The notes under the pieces: generated by a model | Databases searched by the model: none | Told to the model about the DNA's origin: nothing | What the model saw: the letters and a program-made list of their open reading frames with translations, nothing else | In this document: piece after piece, positions 25,401-37,050 of the stretch | How the letters are laid out: each line of letters starts with the position of its first letter | How positions within the stretch are numbered: the first letter of the stretch is position 1 | Assembly: GCA_036172245.1 (NCBI GenBank) | Contig: JAYWIR010000015.1 | Coordinates: forward strand, 2,914,001 to 2,978,000 | DNA: 64,000 nt | Source of the DNA: Raillietiella orientalis | Lineage: Eukaryota | Direction of reading: 5' to 3' | Program-made: the position numbers and the translations under genes

Positions 25401-28400
25401 TGTATTTTTTAAATATATACTGGCGATATTCATCAGCAGCTGAATTTCTGTCCTGATTTTTCATGTCTAATCTTATGTATTCTTATGAAGTAAATCTGCT
25501 TTTTCAACTTATATATCCGAAAAAAATAAATAAAAGTGATGCTTTACAATAACATGCCATTTTATCAATGATAAGATAATTAATGAATAAAACGATTTTG
25601 GTTATTTGATCTTTGAATGTTTTACCAATTTCATTTCCAATAAACAGTCGATGAATTCTGCCATAATTTAAACAGTCACTCATTTTCTCAACAATTCCTA
25701 AACTGAAGAATTAATAAATCAAATTGAACACAAAATTTTCACCGAAAAGTGTTTTCTTCAATTAACCTTCAATTAAGATAGTCATGAGAAAATAAGTATT
25801 TAATTCTAGCTTTTCCTCTTTAATAAAGAATTATTATGCTATTAGTGAACTGTAATCTCTTAGAAACATGAAACTTGGAAAACCACAACTAAACCTAATT
25901 AAAACATGACAACTAGAAAACTTTTACAATTCATATGTTGAACATTTCCCATTCTCACTCACCAAATTTTTTAACTGCTGCACAGGAACGAAACACTTCC
26001 ATGAATACATTTTTCATTAAGGTTTCTATATTTTCTGGTATTTGTGAAAACAGTTCTGCTTTGAAGAATAGATTAAACTGCTCTTTTGGTTTGTAACGTT
26101 CACTGTTACAACCATTTGTGAGTTGCTCTTCAAATGTATCAACTGGGAAGGAATATTGACAAATATTCTCATAAAGATGCATTAATGCATCAAGAAACTG
26201 ATTAATTTTTTGTTCTGAGTCAGGTACATTCTGTATAATCAACACCGTATTCCAAAATGCATTAATTATTGGCTTCAATGAGTCTTTGCAGATATTCCAA
26301 AATAAGGCACTAAGATATTCGTTATCTAGAGGGCACGAAAATATCCTTATCCAATAGTCGTTGCTTCCAAACTAAAATACAAATACTGGTAAGTTATAGT
26401 ATTTATGTTACACTTTCTAATGAAATTTAGGAATGTTGAACTGCGTTTACGAAAATTGTTAAAAAAAAAAAAAAACGGAAGTACGATCTACTTGATTTAA
26501 CTGGATAACAAAACATAGATCTACATCTAGTTTTCTAACAGAAAAACTTTAATGGCATCGATTTCATCATGACTAAAAAGAAAGATTCACAAAATGTTAT
26601 GCAAACCTCAAGATTATGTCCACAAAACCAGTTTTTCAAACAATTCATGGATTCTTCGCATAGGTCCTGCTTAACCTGTTAGAGGGATAATTTTTTTTCC
26701 AAATTTTTTGTCTACCTATGGGTGCGTAATTGAAATTGGAGAAAACGAATATATATGTCAAACGCACAACAAATGTAGCTACTGTAAACTTCAATGAAAA
26801 AAAAGAAAAAAAAATTTTTCATAAAAATTTCGTTATTCTACACAAAATAGAAAATTTCATACATAAGAGAAATAAAGAAAACTCATAAGAAATTCCATCC
26901 GATTTTGCAGTGTGATATTTTTCAAGGAAAGATACGACACAAAGTGGCATCTTACAGGCTAAGCACCAATATGTTTCAATACGAGTGCCATTTTTTGAAC
27001 ACACGGTACATCTTCGCGATGCACTAGTTTATGATAACGTAGATCGTATAAAATTTGGAAAATGTTTTCCAATGGAACGTGTAGGTTTGGCAGTTCTAGT
27101 CGGTCGACCAGCTATCACAGTTTCTTGAGTTGAAGATTCTTCAAGAATTTGTTCAATACATTCAAGCAAAAAATTTAATCGCTTTAAATTTCCATTGTTT
27201 TTTTTCACATAATAAATATAAACTCAAGCACATAACGGCTGAAGGATGGAGAAATACTTCTCTGTAACACTTCAACCTCTTTCTTGCTAGTGCATATGCT
27301 GCAATTATACCATCGCTTCTGTCCCTTTCACCCATTTTTTTGCCACAGTCAAAAACCACTTCAAGGTTTCTTTTTACAACACTTCATTTCTCTGTTTCCA
27401 TCATATTGATACCATATATTGTACCGAGGAATAGCATATCCCTTTTGTCCCGCCACTTCGATAACATGATTTGTTATATCTTGCAATGTGATAGAGAGTT
27501 GTTTTTATATCTTCAGGAGTACCAAGTCTTTGCTGCCACATTGTACCAATAATGTCTGTCTTACAAGTACATAGTTTTGTGTGAGCTCTTTACTTGTGCA
27601 TCTGTTATCCAAATATAATTTACATCCCTGGTCTGATAAGTCATGAGAATGTTCGAGAACGATGCGAATCGCGGTCTTATATTGAGGATCATTTTGACCA
27701 TAATGTGTATTTTTGCCAATGTATGCACAGAAATTCCAAATATATCCAGATTGACTTTCGTATAAGACAAAAAATTTCATTCCAAAGAGACATTTTTAAG
27801 AGGTATTTTTTACATTTTTTAAGACATTTTTTGTAAGAGGGGCGATTACCTTGAAAGAATGTTTTAACTCATTTAAATGAGTTAAAAAACAAGACAAAGT
27901 ACCGACCGTGGTCTTTTCCAAGAATTCACTAATCAGTAGCTTTATTTAGAAGGTTTTAAATTATAATCAAGTGGTATAGTCCGGGGTTCACAAAAAAATC
28001 ATAAGATAACTTATTTAAGAATCTTAAAATAGTTTCATCAAATAATCAAAGAATGCTTCTCTCTTCAGCTGAAATTTCCGAATCACAATTATGATTTATT
28101 TTCCATTTTTCCATATCGCAATTTAATTATTATTAATTGGATTCAATAAATATATATGTTTTATGATTGCTTATGTATACGTGTGTGTACGTGTCACTCA
28201 AAAATAAGATATAAATCATATATATTGACTATACAATAGACTTACATATCAGGAACATTTCCAAAAACTAGATTTGAAAGTTGCTGGCTTACAGTTTTAA
28301 GACACAAGATTTCTAACCTTTCACGATGATACACAATTTTCTAGCATGAAATAATTTATAACTGGCACAATCATAATTTGCGCTCTATTTCCAGATTAAT

Positions 28401-28634
28401 ACTTATGAAATACTGGCCTTTTCAAAGTGGCCACATCGGAATAAGTTTTTTCTGAAATTAGAATAATCTAAATTGAGCAAGCATTTCAAATTTCTATTGA
28501 CAGGAGACAAGCCATTGAACACTGATCATAATAAGGGTTTAATGGGTTAAAATCTTATCACATCAAAATTTTGTTCATAATTTTAGCATCGCATCGATAT
28601 GCGTTTGTAAATCGTTTACCGAATCTTTCGTCAT
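22493..28634 (-). CDS. ANAPC2: Anaphase-promoting complex subunit 2 (cullin-like)
   Basis: LFNIIIEFPESQPALEDL, ETRLLHPGVNTMDILTAYISAIKALRILDP, KYLRNRKDTVRCIV, PDPIDV, DIISMLVNIYGSKELFIQEYRNLLADRIL, CEVMLKDVSDSRRI, YWSYIVGMLTNLESMSLERIHCMLKMF. Introns 22688-22733, 22866-22904, 23033-23067, 23198-23252, 23382-23426, 23688-23731, 23928-23968, 24195-24458, 24601-24835, 24982-25218 and 25321-25962. The first exon 28620-28634 (MTKDS) with intron 26372-28619 is a phase-compatible inference. Confidence 0.92.
26671..28550 (-). mobile_element. Decayed piggyBac DNA transposon (PGBD4-like transposase pseudogene) inside the probable ANAPC2 intron 1
   Basis: Frameshifted transposase pieces KFFVLYESQSGYIWNFCAYIGK, KLYLDNRCTS, MGERDRSDGIIAAY and a C-terminal Cys-rich CSKNG..YWCLACKMPLCV..KYH. 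Candidate ends TTAA-CCTGTT (26671) and AATGGG-TTAA (28550) match each other only weakly. Confidence 0.85.
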
Positions 28635-29559
28635 TTTCCTTACTGGGAGGTTAGCGTAAGGTCTTCTCTGCCGGCAGACTAAGATTTGAAAACGATACTG
28701 GTAATTCCGAAACTCTTTAAAGTAACATTTGAATCATATTTTCTCACACCAGCACGCTTTGCTAGGATTATCGTGAGTGCTGGACAGTGCGTTGTAAAAT
28801 ACTTTTTGTCTGATTGCTAACAAAAGCAAGCAATTTTTTGGTTAATAAACGATAACATTACAATCTTCAACTAACTAGTTTCCTGGCAGCTCTTTGGGAT
28901 GGAAAGTTAATGCCTCAGTTTGGAAACACAAGCATGCCCATGAGGAACCATCTTAAATTGAAAACCGTTGCAGCGTTAAGATGATCATTCTCTAGTAAGA
29001 CCAAATTAGTTGCTACGCAAAAAAAAAACAAAGTATCATGTTTAATAAATAATTTTTCATGGTACATGTCCTGATGTAGTGTAATACATTCATTTATTTT
29101 GCCAAAACCAAGTGGGGTTCCAAGACCTGGTAATATAGTATGTAAAGGTGATCCAGCCTACAAACACCAGGCTCATCTAGTTTGCACTGCGGAGATCAGA
29201 GTGATACCACTATCATAAAAATAATTAACCACAAGCAAAGAAAGTGATGTTTTGCTACATAGTGCAAATTTTAAGTATAAGCTGAAATGAAGACATGTTC
29301 TATGAATCTGTTTGCAATTGTAATTTGTGGAACCAGTATCTTAAAAAATACACTTGGCAAATGAAACAAAACTGGGCAGCACGTTTTCACATTCCATTAT
29401 CTGCACAATTTCTCGGATTATTAACATGTGGATTGCTTTTCATACAGAACATTTTTTTCTTTTCATTGCTTTTCACAAGTGCCAAGATAGAAACTTTTAT
29501 CTATATCAAATGTAGGTGAAGAATTTTTTACATGTGTCCACTGCAACACTTGCACTGAT

Positions 29560-30835
29560 TCATGAAGATTCCCAGACATCTCCATAAGCATTCGTTTTCC
29601 CTGTAAATGTATCAGAGACATTGGGCTCTGGAAATTTTGACTGTGAAGGCCTCTCTTCTTTCTTTTGCAGTTTTTGCATTTGTTCTTTTCGGTGGGCTCT
29701 CCTTAGCTCATCATAAGTGGTTGCTGGTTTAGGGCTTGCTTGAACAGCTTATGGAACAACATGTTTTGCAAAAAGCTTCATACACTTACCATCTGCAGCA
29801 TCATAGCGGGGATTCCATGGTGGTGTTGCTTTAATATCCATTTCTGAAAGAGGACTCAATGCATCCTCTACATCACTGTATGCATCAGGCTGAGATTCTC
29901 TTACAGAATAAGCACTAGTACCCAAAGTTCTGGAAACAAAAACGTCTGTAACTAGACAATGTCAATGATGTCACATGGATTTAGTTTTCTTACCCTTCTG
30001 GTCTTCTCATGCTGCGAAGAACTTGCCCCAACTGACTAGATGGCAATTTTGAAAGTTTTTTAGCACATTCATCAATGTAGGAAAATTTTCCCAAAAAATA
30101 ACCAATGAGGAATGCACAACCAACTTTTGGTATTGCTCCCCATACTGCATTTCTTTTTAGGTAACCTTTAAATGAGAGCCTGTCCGAAATGTTCTTTTGT
30201 GGATGTTATGATTATGTGTTATTCTGAACAAGATTTGTTCAGAAGAATACATAATTACAACGTTTTTTTGTATTTCCATTTAATGTTGTATTTTTTGTAT
30301 TTTCATTAAAATACAAGAAAATCCAAATACGGGGGGAAAAAATGCCAAATAAGTATTGAACAGCGGGCTGAATGAGTTTCGCATTCAGTCATGAAAAATG
30401 CAAGTTTTAAGTACATTGACATTTTTGTTTAAAAAAAAAAATTGTAATCAATAGAATTTTGCTTCCCTCATGAGCACTGCTTTTCATGTAAAAAAAAAAA
30501 AAAACAAAAACTGGATACTTCCTTGGAAAGGAAAAGTAAAGAAAGACATTCAATTTAAGTGCTAGAGCTATGAAAAGCTTTTATTTTTCAATAGTTCACT
30601 TTAAGTGGTAATTTCACTACTGCACTGAAACCACAACTTAAAACTGAGTCATTTTCTAGAGACAAGTCAGTTTTGAAGAGTGTACGGGGAAAACTACATT
30701 TGCATTCCTACCTGTTCGAACAGCCCAATAGGTTGCAGCTGAACCCAACACTGCAAACGGCAAGCTTCTTCTGTAAAAACTTTCGCGTTCACATTCTCTC
30801 AGTATTCGAATTTCCTCTGGACTCGGTCTATAATG
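29560..30835 (-). CDS. OCIAD1: OCIA domain-containing protein (OCIAD1/asrij-like); first exon uncertain (possibly ATG CAG CAA CCG|GT near 31050)
   Basis: SPEEIRILRECERESFYRRSLPF, GYLKRNAVWGAIPKVGCAFLIGYFLGKFSYIDEC..KLPSSQLGQVLR, TTYDELRR, KTNAYGDVWE. Exons 30712-30835, 29994-30165, 29790-29945 and 29560-29747. Missed by the ORF track. Confidence 0.9.
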
Positions 30836-31354
30836 CTAGAAACGTTAGATTAATGTCCTGCCGCATATACTACCACCGGTCAATTCTCAAAATCACGTGT
30901 GCGTCTACTACCGAATTCTAGAGAATCATTTACTGATATGCAGAAAGGCTTTTCAGGGTTTTGCTGGCACAGCCTTACTCGTATTATAAACGATCGGGGA
31001 TGGCGACATGGAAATTGAGAATTACTTTTAGATCTACCGGTTGCTGCATTGGGTGAATGGCCTTAATCTCCGACTACTCTTCCTGCAGACATGCACCACA
31101 GAAGTTCCCCCACGAAAAATTCCAAGAGTCAGCGAGGCTCAGCGGCCATGCGCGCGAGCGCCCCTGCGCTTGGCAAGCCTTCTACCGGAAGGCACGCGAG
31201 GAACCTACCAAAAGAGCCTTCCATGCAGAAGTCAAGGTCTAGCCACATGGCCTGCGCCGGAGGCTATGTGGCTACGGTGGTCTCCGCGTGTGGCACCCCG
31301 GAGTTGCGCGTTCGGACACTCGGCAAGAATCGACGCAGAGAGTTTATGCGCGTC

Positions 31355-31371
31355 GTGGGTTCGAGTCCCAC
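31355..31371 (+). other. tRNA T-arm / Pol III B-box fragment (possible SINE relic)
   Basis: GTGGG-TTCGAGT-CCCAC is a perfect T-stem/loop. I could not fold a convincing acceptor stem or D-arm. Confidence 0.4.
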
Positions 31372-31599
31372 CCGCGAGATGACGCTGGTTGCCCTGCCTC
31401 CGGGGGCGGCGCACAGTAGTGGTTCAAACCGTATGCCTCCGATGAGGCTCCGAACGAGGACAGCCGACCTCCGCGTCCTTCCAGGAATCAAGGATAGGGA
31501 GTTGTGCAAGGGAGCGGACCCCTGCGTTGAGTAGGTGGGTCCACACACCACCTCTCTAGGGTTCAGAGAAGCGCGCTGCTTAGACATTTCGAAACCGTC

Positions 31600-31950
31600 C
31601 CTTCGGGGTTCTCTTCAAAGGAGTAAACAGGAGCAGTTCCCTTGCGGGTTCCCTCCGGAGGAGAAAACATGGAGCGGACCCCTTTCGGGGTCCCTCCCAA
31701 GAGAGTGAGGAAGGAGGGATACCAAGGAGACAACCAGGGTTAGGGGGATCCCTCCCCAGGCGTGAGAGACGGGGTCCCCTCCCGGGTAACCCATCTTGAA
31801 GAATTACACGTACCCTCGGGTGGTGTGGAACAGTCGCAAAGAGCTGCCAGGCTCGCAATGGTTCTTGAGGTGCTCAGCGACCCCCGCCCCCCCAAAGCTG
31901 AAAGGAGTAACAGCGAAGACAGAAAAGAACCCAAAAAGGATTTCCATCGT
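31600..31950 (-). repeat. Dispersed repeat, copy B, with ~40-bp internal hairpin units
   Basis: Reverse complement aligns with 1138-1440. Contains three degenerate tandem units around GGACCCC-GAAA-GGGGTCC, AACCC-GCAA-GGGAA and AACCC-CGAA-GGGA. Confidence 0.8.
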
Positions 31951-33149
31951 GGTCTTTAAACCCTGGTAGAGGAAGACAGACGAAGACTTTGCTTTTCATT
32001 GCCATGAATTTGTTTGTCTCACTGCGTAAAGACATTTTTATAGCGCTCACTTTTTATAGTGACCACCGCTTCTCTGTTTCTCGGTGGTTTTCCTGTTTCT
32101 GACCGCCTTCCGCCTATTCGTCTGCGCGATCTCAAACGGGACGTTCTGTGCTTAAAGGTGATTTTACGAGGTCTTCGATCTTTTTTTTTTCCTTCTTCTT
32201 CTTCCATTTTTTCGTAATCAATTCTACTTAAGCCCGCATTTCCTATTTTCGTTTCAGTAACAATTTATAACGTTACTTTTTTTTTTCAAGTTCGAAATCC
32301 AATTTCTTAAAATGCAACGGATTGAGATTGTCTGGGAAACAGAGTCTGGGTCACCAAATTCAGTGAGCGCATGTAATAAAAAATCATGATCTTACATGTT
32401 GCAATAATTTTTACAGCCACATTTAATAGGAGCTGCTCTCTAAATTTAGTAGCAGCTTTTCGATATCCTCTGCTCTGATATTGTGCTTTCACGGCTCCAT
32501 CACGAAGTGCTGTTCTCGTTATCGTAATACGTTGATCGAAAGACTCCTTTCAAAGGCCATAAGTTTATGCTTTGCCTAATAGAAACTAAGCACGTGTAAT
32601 AAAAATATAATTTTACACTATTTACTACTAATCATGATTTACTTGCCCAGGAGGGGTGCCTGAAGCATTCACTTTTGCTGTTGCGTAGCAACGAACAAGT
32701 GTGTTTGAATTGTTTTCAAATCGACTTGTCTGACCAATTTGTTTAGGATTTTGGAATTCCCGCTCTTGGAAAATGCAGTCGTGAGCCGTGTGCTCTTTTG
32801 AGCTTTAAAAACTTTAAATAAATGATTCATGAAAACAATATTTAAGCATCCAGGGCTAATTAAATTAAATACTATAATGAGAAATAAAAACTAATGGATC
32901 GGTATTTCTTCCACTAATTAGCCTTCAACTAATCTTTATCTCCTTTATTGCTGAAGTCATTAATTGGCACTCAGGGAACCTCTGGAAGCTGGGACTAAGG
33001 ACAAAAGAAGTTCTCTTGCAGGGGTTTTAAACCTTCCTTTGCAATGTAAATCAGCATCAGTTTAATATATTGCATCAATAAGAACAGATGAGCCCAAGGA
33101 TTTAACTCATTTGTAATGTATTAGATGTGTTTTAACTCATCATTTTCAA

Positions 33150-36100
33150 CACATCTGTGTGTGGTCCGCGTACGACGCAAGCAGGTTTATCTTCATCTGA
33201 CAATGGGAAACGCACATATTGGGTTCTTTTCGACCCTTGGTCACCGCGAAACGAGGCCCCCACTACTAATTGATGCAGAGAAGCTGCAAAAGTTGATATT
33301 CATTGGTGGATTGTCGTGATCCTCTAGCGAAAACTCAGAAATCGAAAATCTCTTCGAAGACGTACCATCGAACAGTGATCTCGTCGCGCCAACAGCATCT
33401 CTTGCGTGAAAGGCTTCGTGCACTTTTCGCCATCCATTGACCTGCTTGCTTGCCAAGCGAATAATCAGCCCTCTACGCCTCTTCTGGGAGTTCCAGTCTT
33501 GGCTGTCCTTCTATGCAGCCGTGACGAACATCAAAGAAGCCCGTCGCCGTAATCCATGCTGCCAGCAAACTTTCACGGGGGCTGTTTGGACAGATTGCTG
33601 GGATCGCGGAAGAGTTCTGTAAGGTCCCTAAGGTTGTTTCGGGGATCTTTTCCGGTGCACTGGTGAGACAGTGAGGACCGAGAACTTTCCTGCTTGTATT
33701 TTAAGGTGGATTCGTCCTGCGGGCCTGGGGATTTCCCCAAGGTCATCCGATGTTCACTTCGTCGGACGTCAACCCAGTAGTTCGAAGCATTCGTCACTCC
33801 ACGTGGAGCAACAGCCTATGGTCAGGTGAGGTCAGGTGCTCCTCCGCGCTAGCTCCAAGAAAGGAGACTCCGGCCGGCTCCGCCAGGTAGGAGGTCAGAC
33901 GCACGTCTGGCCGAGTTTCAAGCGTGAAGTCTGGCAGTCCGCGTCAGTCAGCTTGCCGAACGATCAGTGCCAAGAACGCTCCTCCCCGGCGGAGGTTTTT
34001 GCACCTGATAACGCCGAGCCTTTATTATAAAAGTAACAAACTTGCATTTCTGATAGGACTCTTGGTCCCACCACGTTCAGAAGTTTAACATAATATTCCA
34101 GATGAGGGTTCATATTGGTGATACGGGGGAATGGACAAACAAAAATAAAGCAAAATAAATAAATGAGTATAAATATTGTTTTCTTGGGGGGAGCTCGGGA
34201 CGGGATCACGTTGTGTACCTCAACGTCCCGTTCTTCCTCAGTAGGATGCTGGCAAGTTGGTTCCTAATGCTTACCAGATGGGGCCATCTCACGGCGATCT
34301 TCGTAAAGAGTTCTGCCCACTGGATGGCACCCTAGTCGTCGTGGCCTCTTCTGGTTTCTGGTTTCTGAGTGCACAGCAGACCACTGCTGAAGATGGGGAT
34401 GGAGGTATTACTTCACGCACTATCAGACGCTCCAATACGTCCCTGGACCTGCCCAACTAGCATTTGGAGGACCGTGACATCACGTTTTTAAAAGTGACCG
34501 GGGACAGAACAGTCCACAAGCAGGTGCGAAAGGGTTCCTCTTTCCCGGTACCTGGCAAAGTTCGGGTGTTCTGTTCACACTTCTCCGTGTCCAATGGTAA
34601 AGACGTGCATTGATGAAAGACCCCAATGTTTGACCAGAATCGCCGTATCCTGCCACTTTAGGGGGAGGACAGAGCTGTCCTCAAGGATCGTCGGCAACAC
34701 GAGATCTTCTGGAGGAATCTCCAGAAGCTGGAGCCAGTGTAGCAGGCCTTTAGGTGGGGTATTCGGACTCGCAGCATCCATAGGTTCACGCGCTGAACAC
34801 CTAACAAAAGGTTTCCTCCTTCCTGCTAAGCAGAAATAGTTAAACGCCCCGTGTGAGATTTTTACTCCTCTCTGCACTCGAAGGAACCTCTGGAGAGCGA
34901 CTCCTCTCAGCGTTTGCTGTCGAAAGGCGCTCCAGCGATAGGGAAAGAGTCGCATAACATCTTCAGCAAGACGTTCACGATGGTGGAGATCATCTCCGCC
35001 ATCAGGAAGCTCAAGAGGAGGAAGGCGTTTGGGAAGGACGGCCTGCTGGTTGGATTTTATTCAGCGCTTCGCGGCAGAGCTGACGCTACTGGTGCAGCAG
35101 CTGTGCAGGTTGGTTCGGGAGAGGATCGAGGTGCCCTCTGGCTTCTGATTAAAAAGAGTGTGTGCCTCCTCTTACCGAAGAGAGGAGGAGTGACCTTCGT
35201 GCTTAAACAGTCGTCGTCCGGTCACCATCATCAACGCGACCGCTAAGCTGCTGGTGGAGCTCTGGAGTGAACGCTCGGGGTGGTTAGCCGAAACGTCCAT
35301 CAGTCCAAAAAACACTCACACTGCTCTCGAACGGAGAGTAGAAGCGAAGCTGTTCCTGACCATCCGGTTCCTGGCTACAGTTGCATCGAGGGGTTGCGCC
35401 GGTCGGATACAGGAATCCAGGATTCCGAGGTGATCAGGGAATGGGAGGCCGAACTGAAGCTCCAGAAGGAGCCGCTGAGTGCGAATGGGTCTCCCTGTTG
35501 CCTTCTCGGCTTATCTGCGCTCCTGCTGGAGCAAAGCGTTGATTAACATTTCTCTCAGCTACCAGCATGCTTATGGCGTGCCAGTAAGGTGGGGTGACAG
35601 TCTGAGGCCCCTGTTCCTCAGCACCTACTTCGAGTTGGTGCTGAAGGTATATAGGGTGACCCTGGCTGCCTCTCCGAGCTCGCACCAGGGCATACCTATC
35701 GGCCTATGCCGACGATCTTCTTCTTTTGCTGCTCAAGACAACCCCGGAGGTATCAATCGAGGACTTTACCGAGTTAATCCAACGCGCAGCTGGCACGAGC
35801 GTAAACAAGACGGAGTCGTGCCACATCTGCGGTGAGTGGATGCAGACGTGGGCTGGACAGCAGGACCGGGAGGTCAGGTGCTTCAATTGTCTGAATGTCC
35901 TAACTTTCGGGAAATTCTCCCTTGTGGAAGCGCAGCCCGGCTATCTCCAAAAGAGTCGGCTCTTGGCCTGTTCTAGGATGTTAGGTTCCTCCCGCGGGAA
36001 CGGGCCGTCGTGTGGAAACGTTTCTAGTTCCCCCCTCTCCTTCCCTTGGTTCTTGTTTGCCCCGTCCCCAGTGAGATCAAAAAGCGAACCGGGGACCTCC

Positions 36101-37050
36101 TAAGGAGAGTGCTTTGGGGCGCAGGGAGGGAGATCCTGAGTACGCTTAAAAGACGTGTGGACTCTGCGTCGACACGATGGAATTGGCATCCTGGCGCAGG
36201 AGCAGATGGACCATCAGCTGCAACTCCGACTACTAGCCCTAGCGGCCAAGTATTGGTGAACCCTCTGGCGCTCTCCCGCTCCCCTGTACGACTCCTGGCC
36301 AAGCAAGCGGCCGGCTCCGAGTGGTTGATATCGTTCCTTGTGTGCGGTCTCCAAAGACCAAGATGCCGCCATGCGGGCATCGGCTTCAGCAGATGGTTGC
36401 CTTGACACAGGACCACGAGTGGATCCCCTGCTCGGCCACGAACTGTGGTGCCTAGAAACAGGAAGCAGTTCAGTCGTGGGTAAGAATGAACGGCAAGAGC
36501 TAGGAGCGATTGCGGCGCCTGCAGTGCCCCCAATAAGCTCGCTGCTTTTTGCAGATGTTGGGGAGCCCCACGCAGAACAGGTACGTACAAAATACCCCAG
36601 TTGCCGCAACGCTGTCCTCCTTACGGGAGATCCGGGACGGTGAGCCGTCTGCAAGATGGGAGATAACTTCTGACACAGCAGGAAAAAGGGAAAAGTTGGG
36701 ATTCTGGTCAATTTGCTGACGCTTCCACCACTCCTGTTCAACGCAAGGGGACTTCTTCTCTGAGAGGACCTCCTCGACATCCCCTTGGAAGACGTAGAGA
36801 TCCCTGCGGTGTTTTGGACAACTACATGTTTTCCCCGAATTGGCAGGACTCGGAGTTGCAATGGCTGCATTGAGCCAGTGCGCGCCATCGCCATTGGACG
36901 AGGGGAAATGAGGCCCCCGGACTATGTAAGGGGCGATGGTAGGGAAACCGCTCCGCCGCGTATGCTTTTTGAGTGTGTTGCTCTCCAGGGTGTTCGGCTG
37001 CGTCCCTGGACTCACCGACAGGCAACGCGATCAGCCTGCTGAGACGCCTC
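33150..37050 (+). mobile_element. Decayed L1/Tx1-like non-LTR retrotransposon (ORF1-endonuclease-RT-zinc finger relic)
   Basis: EIISAIRKLKRRKAFGKDGLLVGFY (RT domain 0), GVPVRWGDSLRPLF (RQG.PLSP), AYADDLLL at ~35701-35725, AAGTSVNKTES, and a late ETAPPRMLFEC zinc-knuckle-like motif. Multiple frameshifts. Confidence 0.8.

Noticed and set aside
30001..30030. Apparent premature TGA in OCIAD
   Set aside because: Recounting the G-run (TTG GGG CAA) shows the frame is open, so it is neither a pseudogene nor a recoding site.
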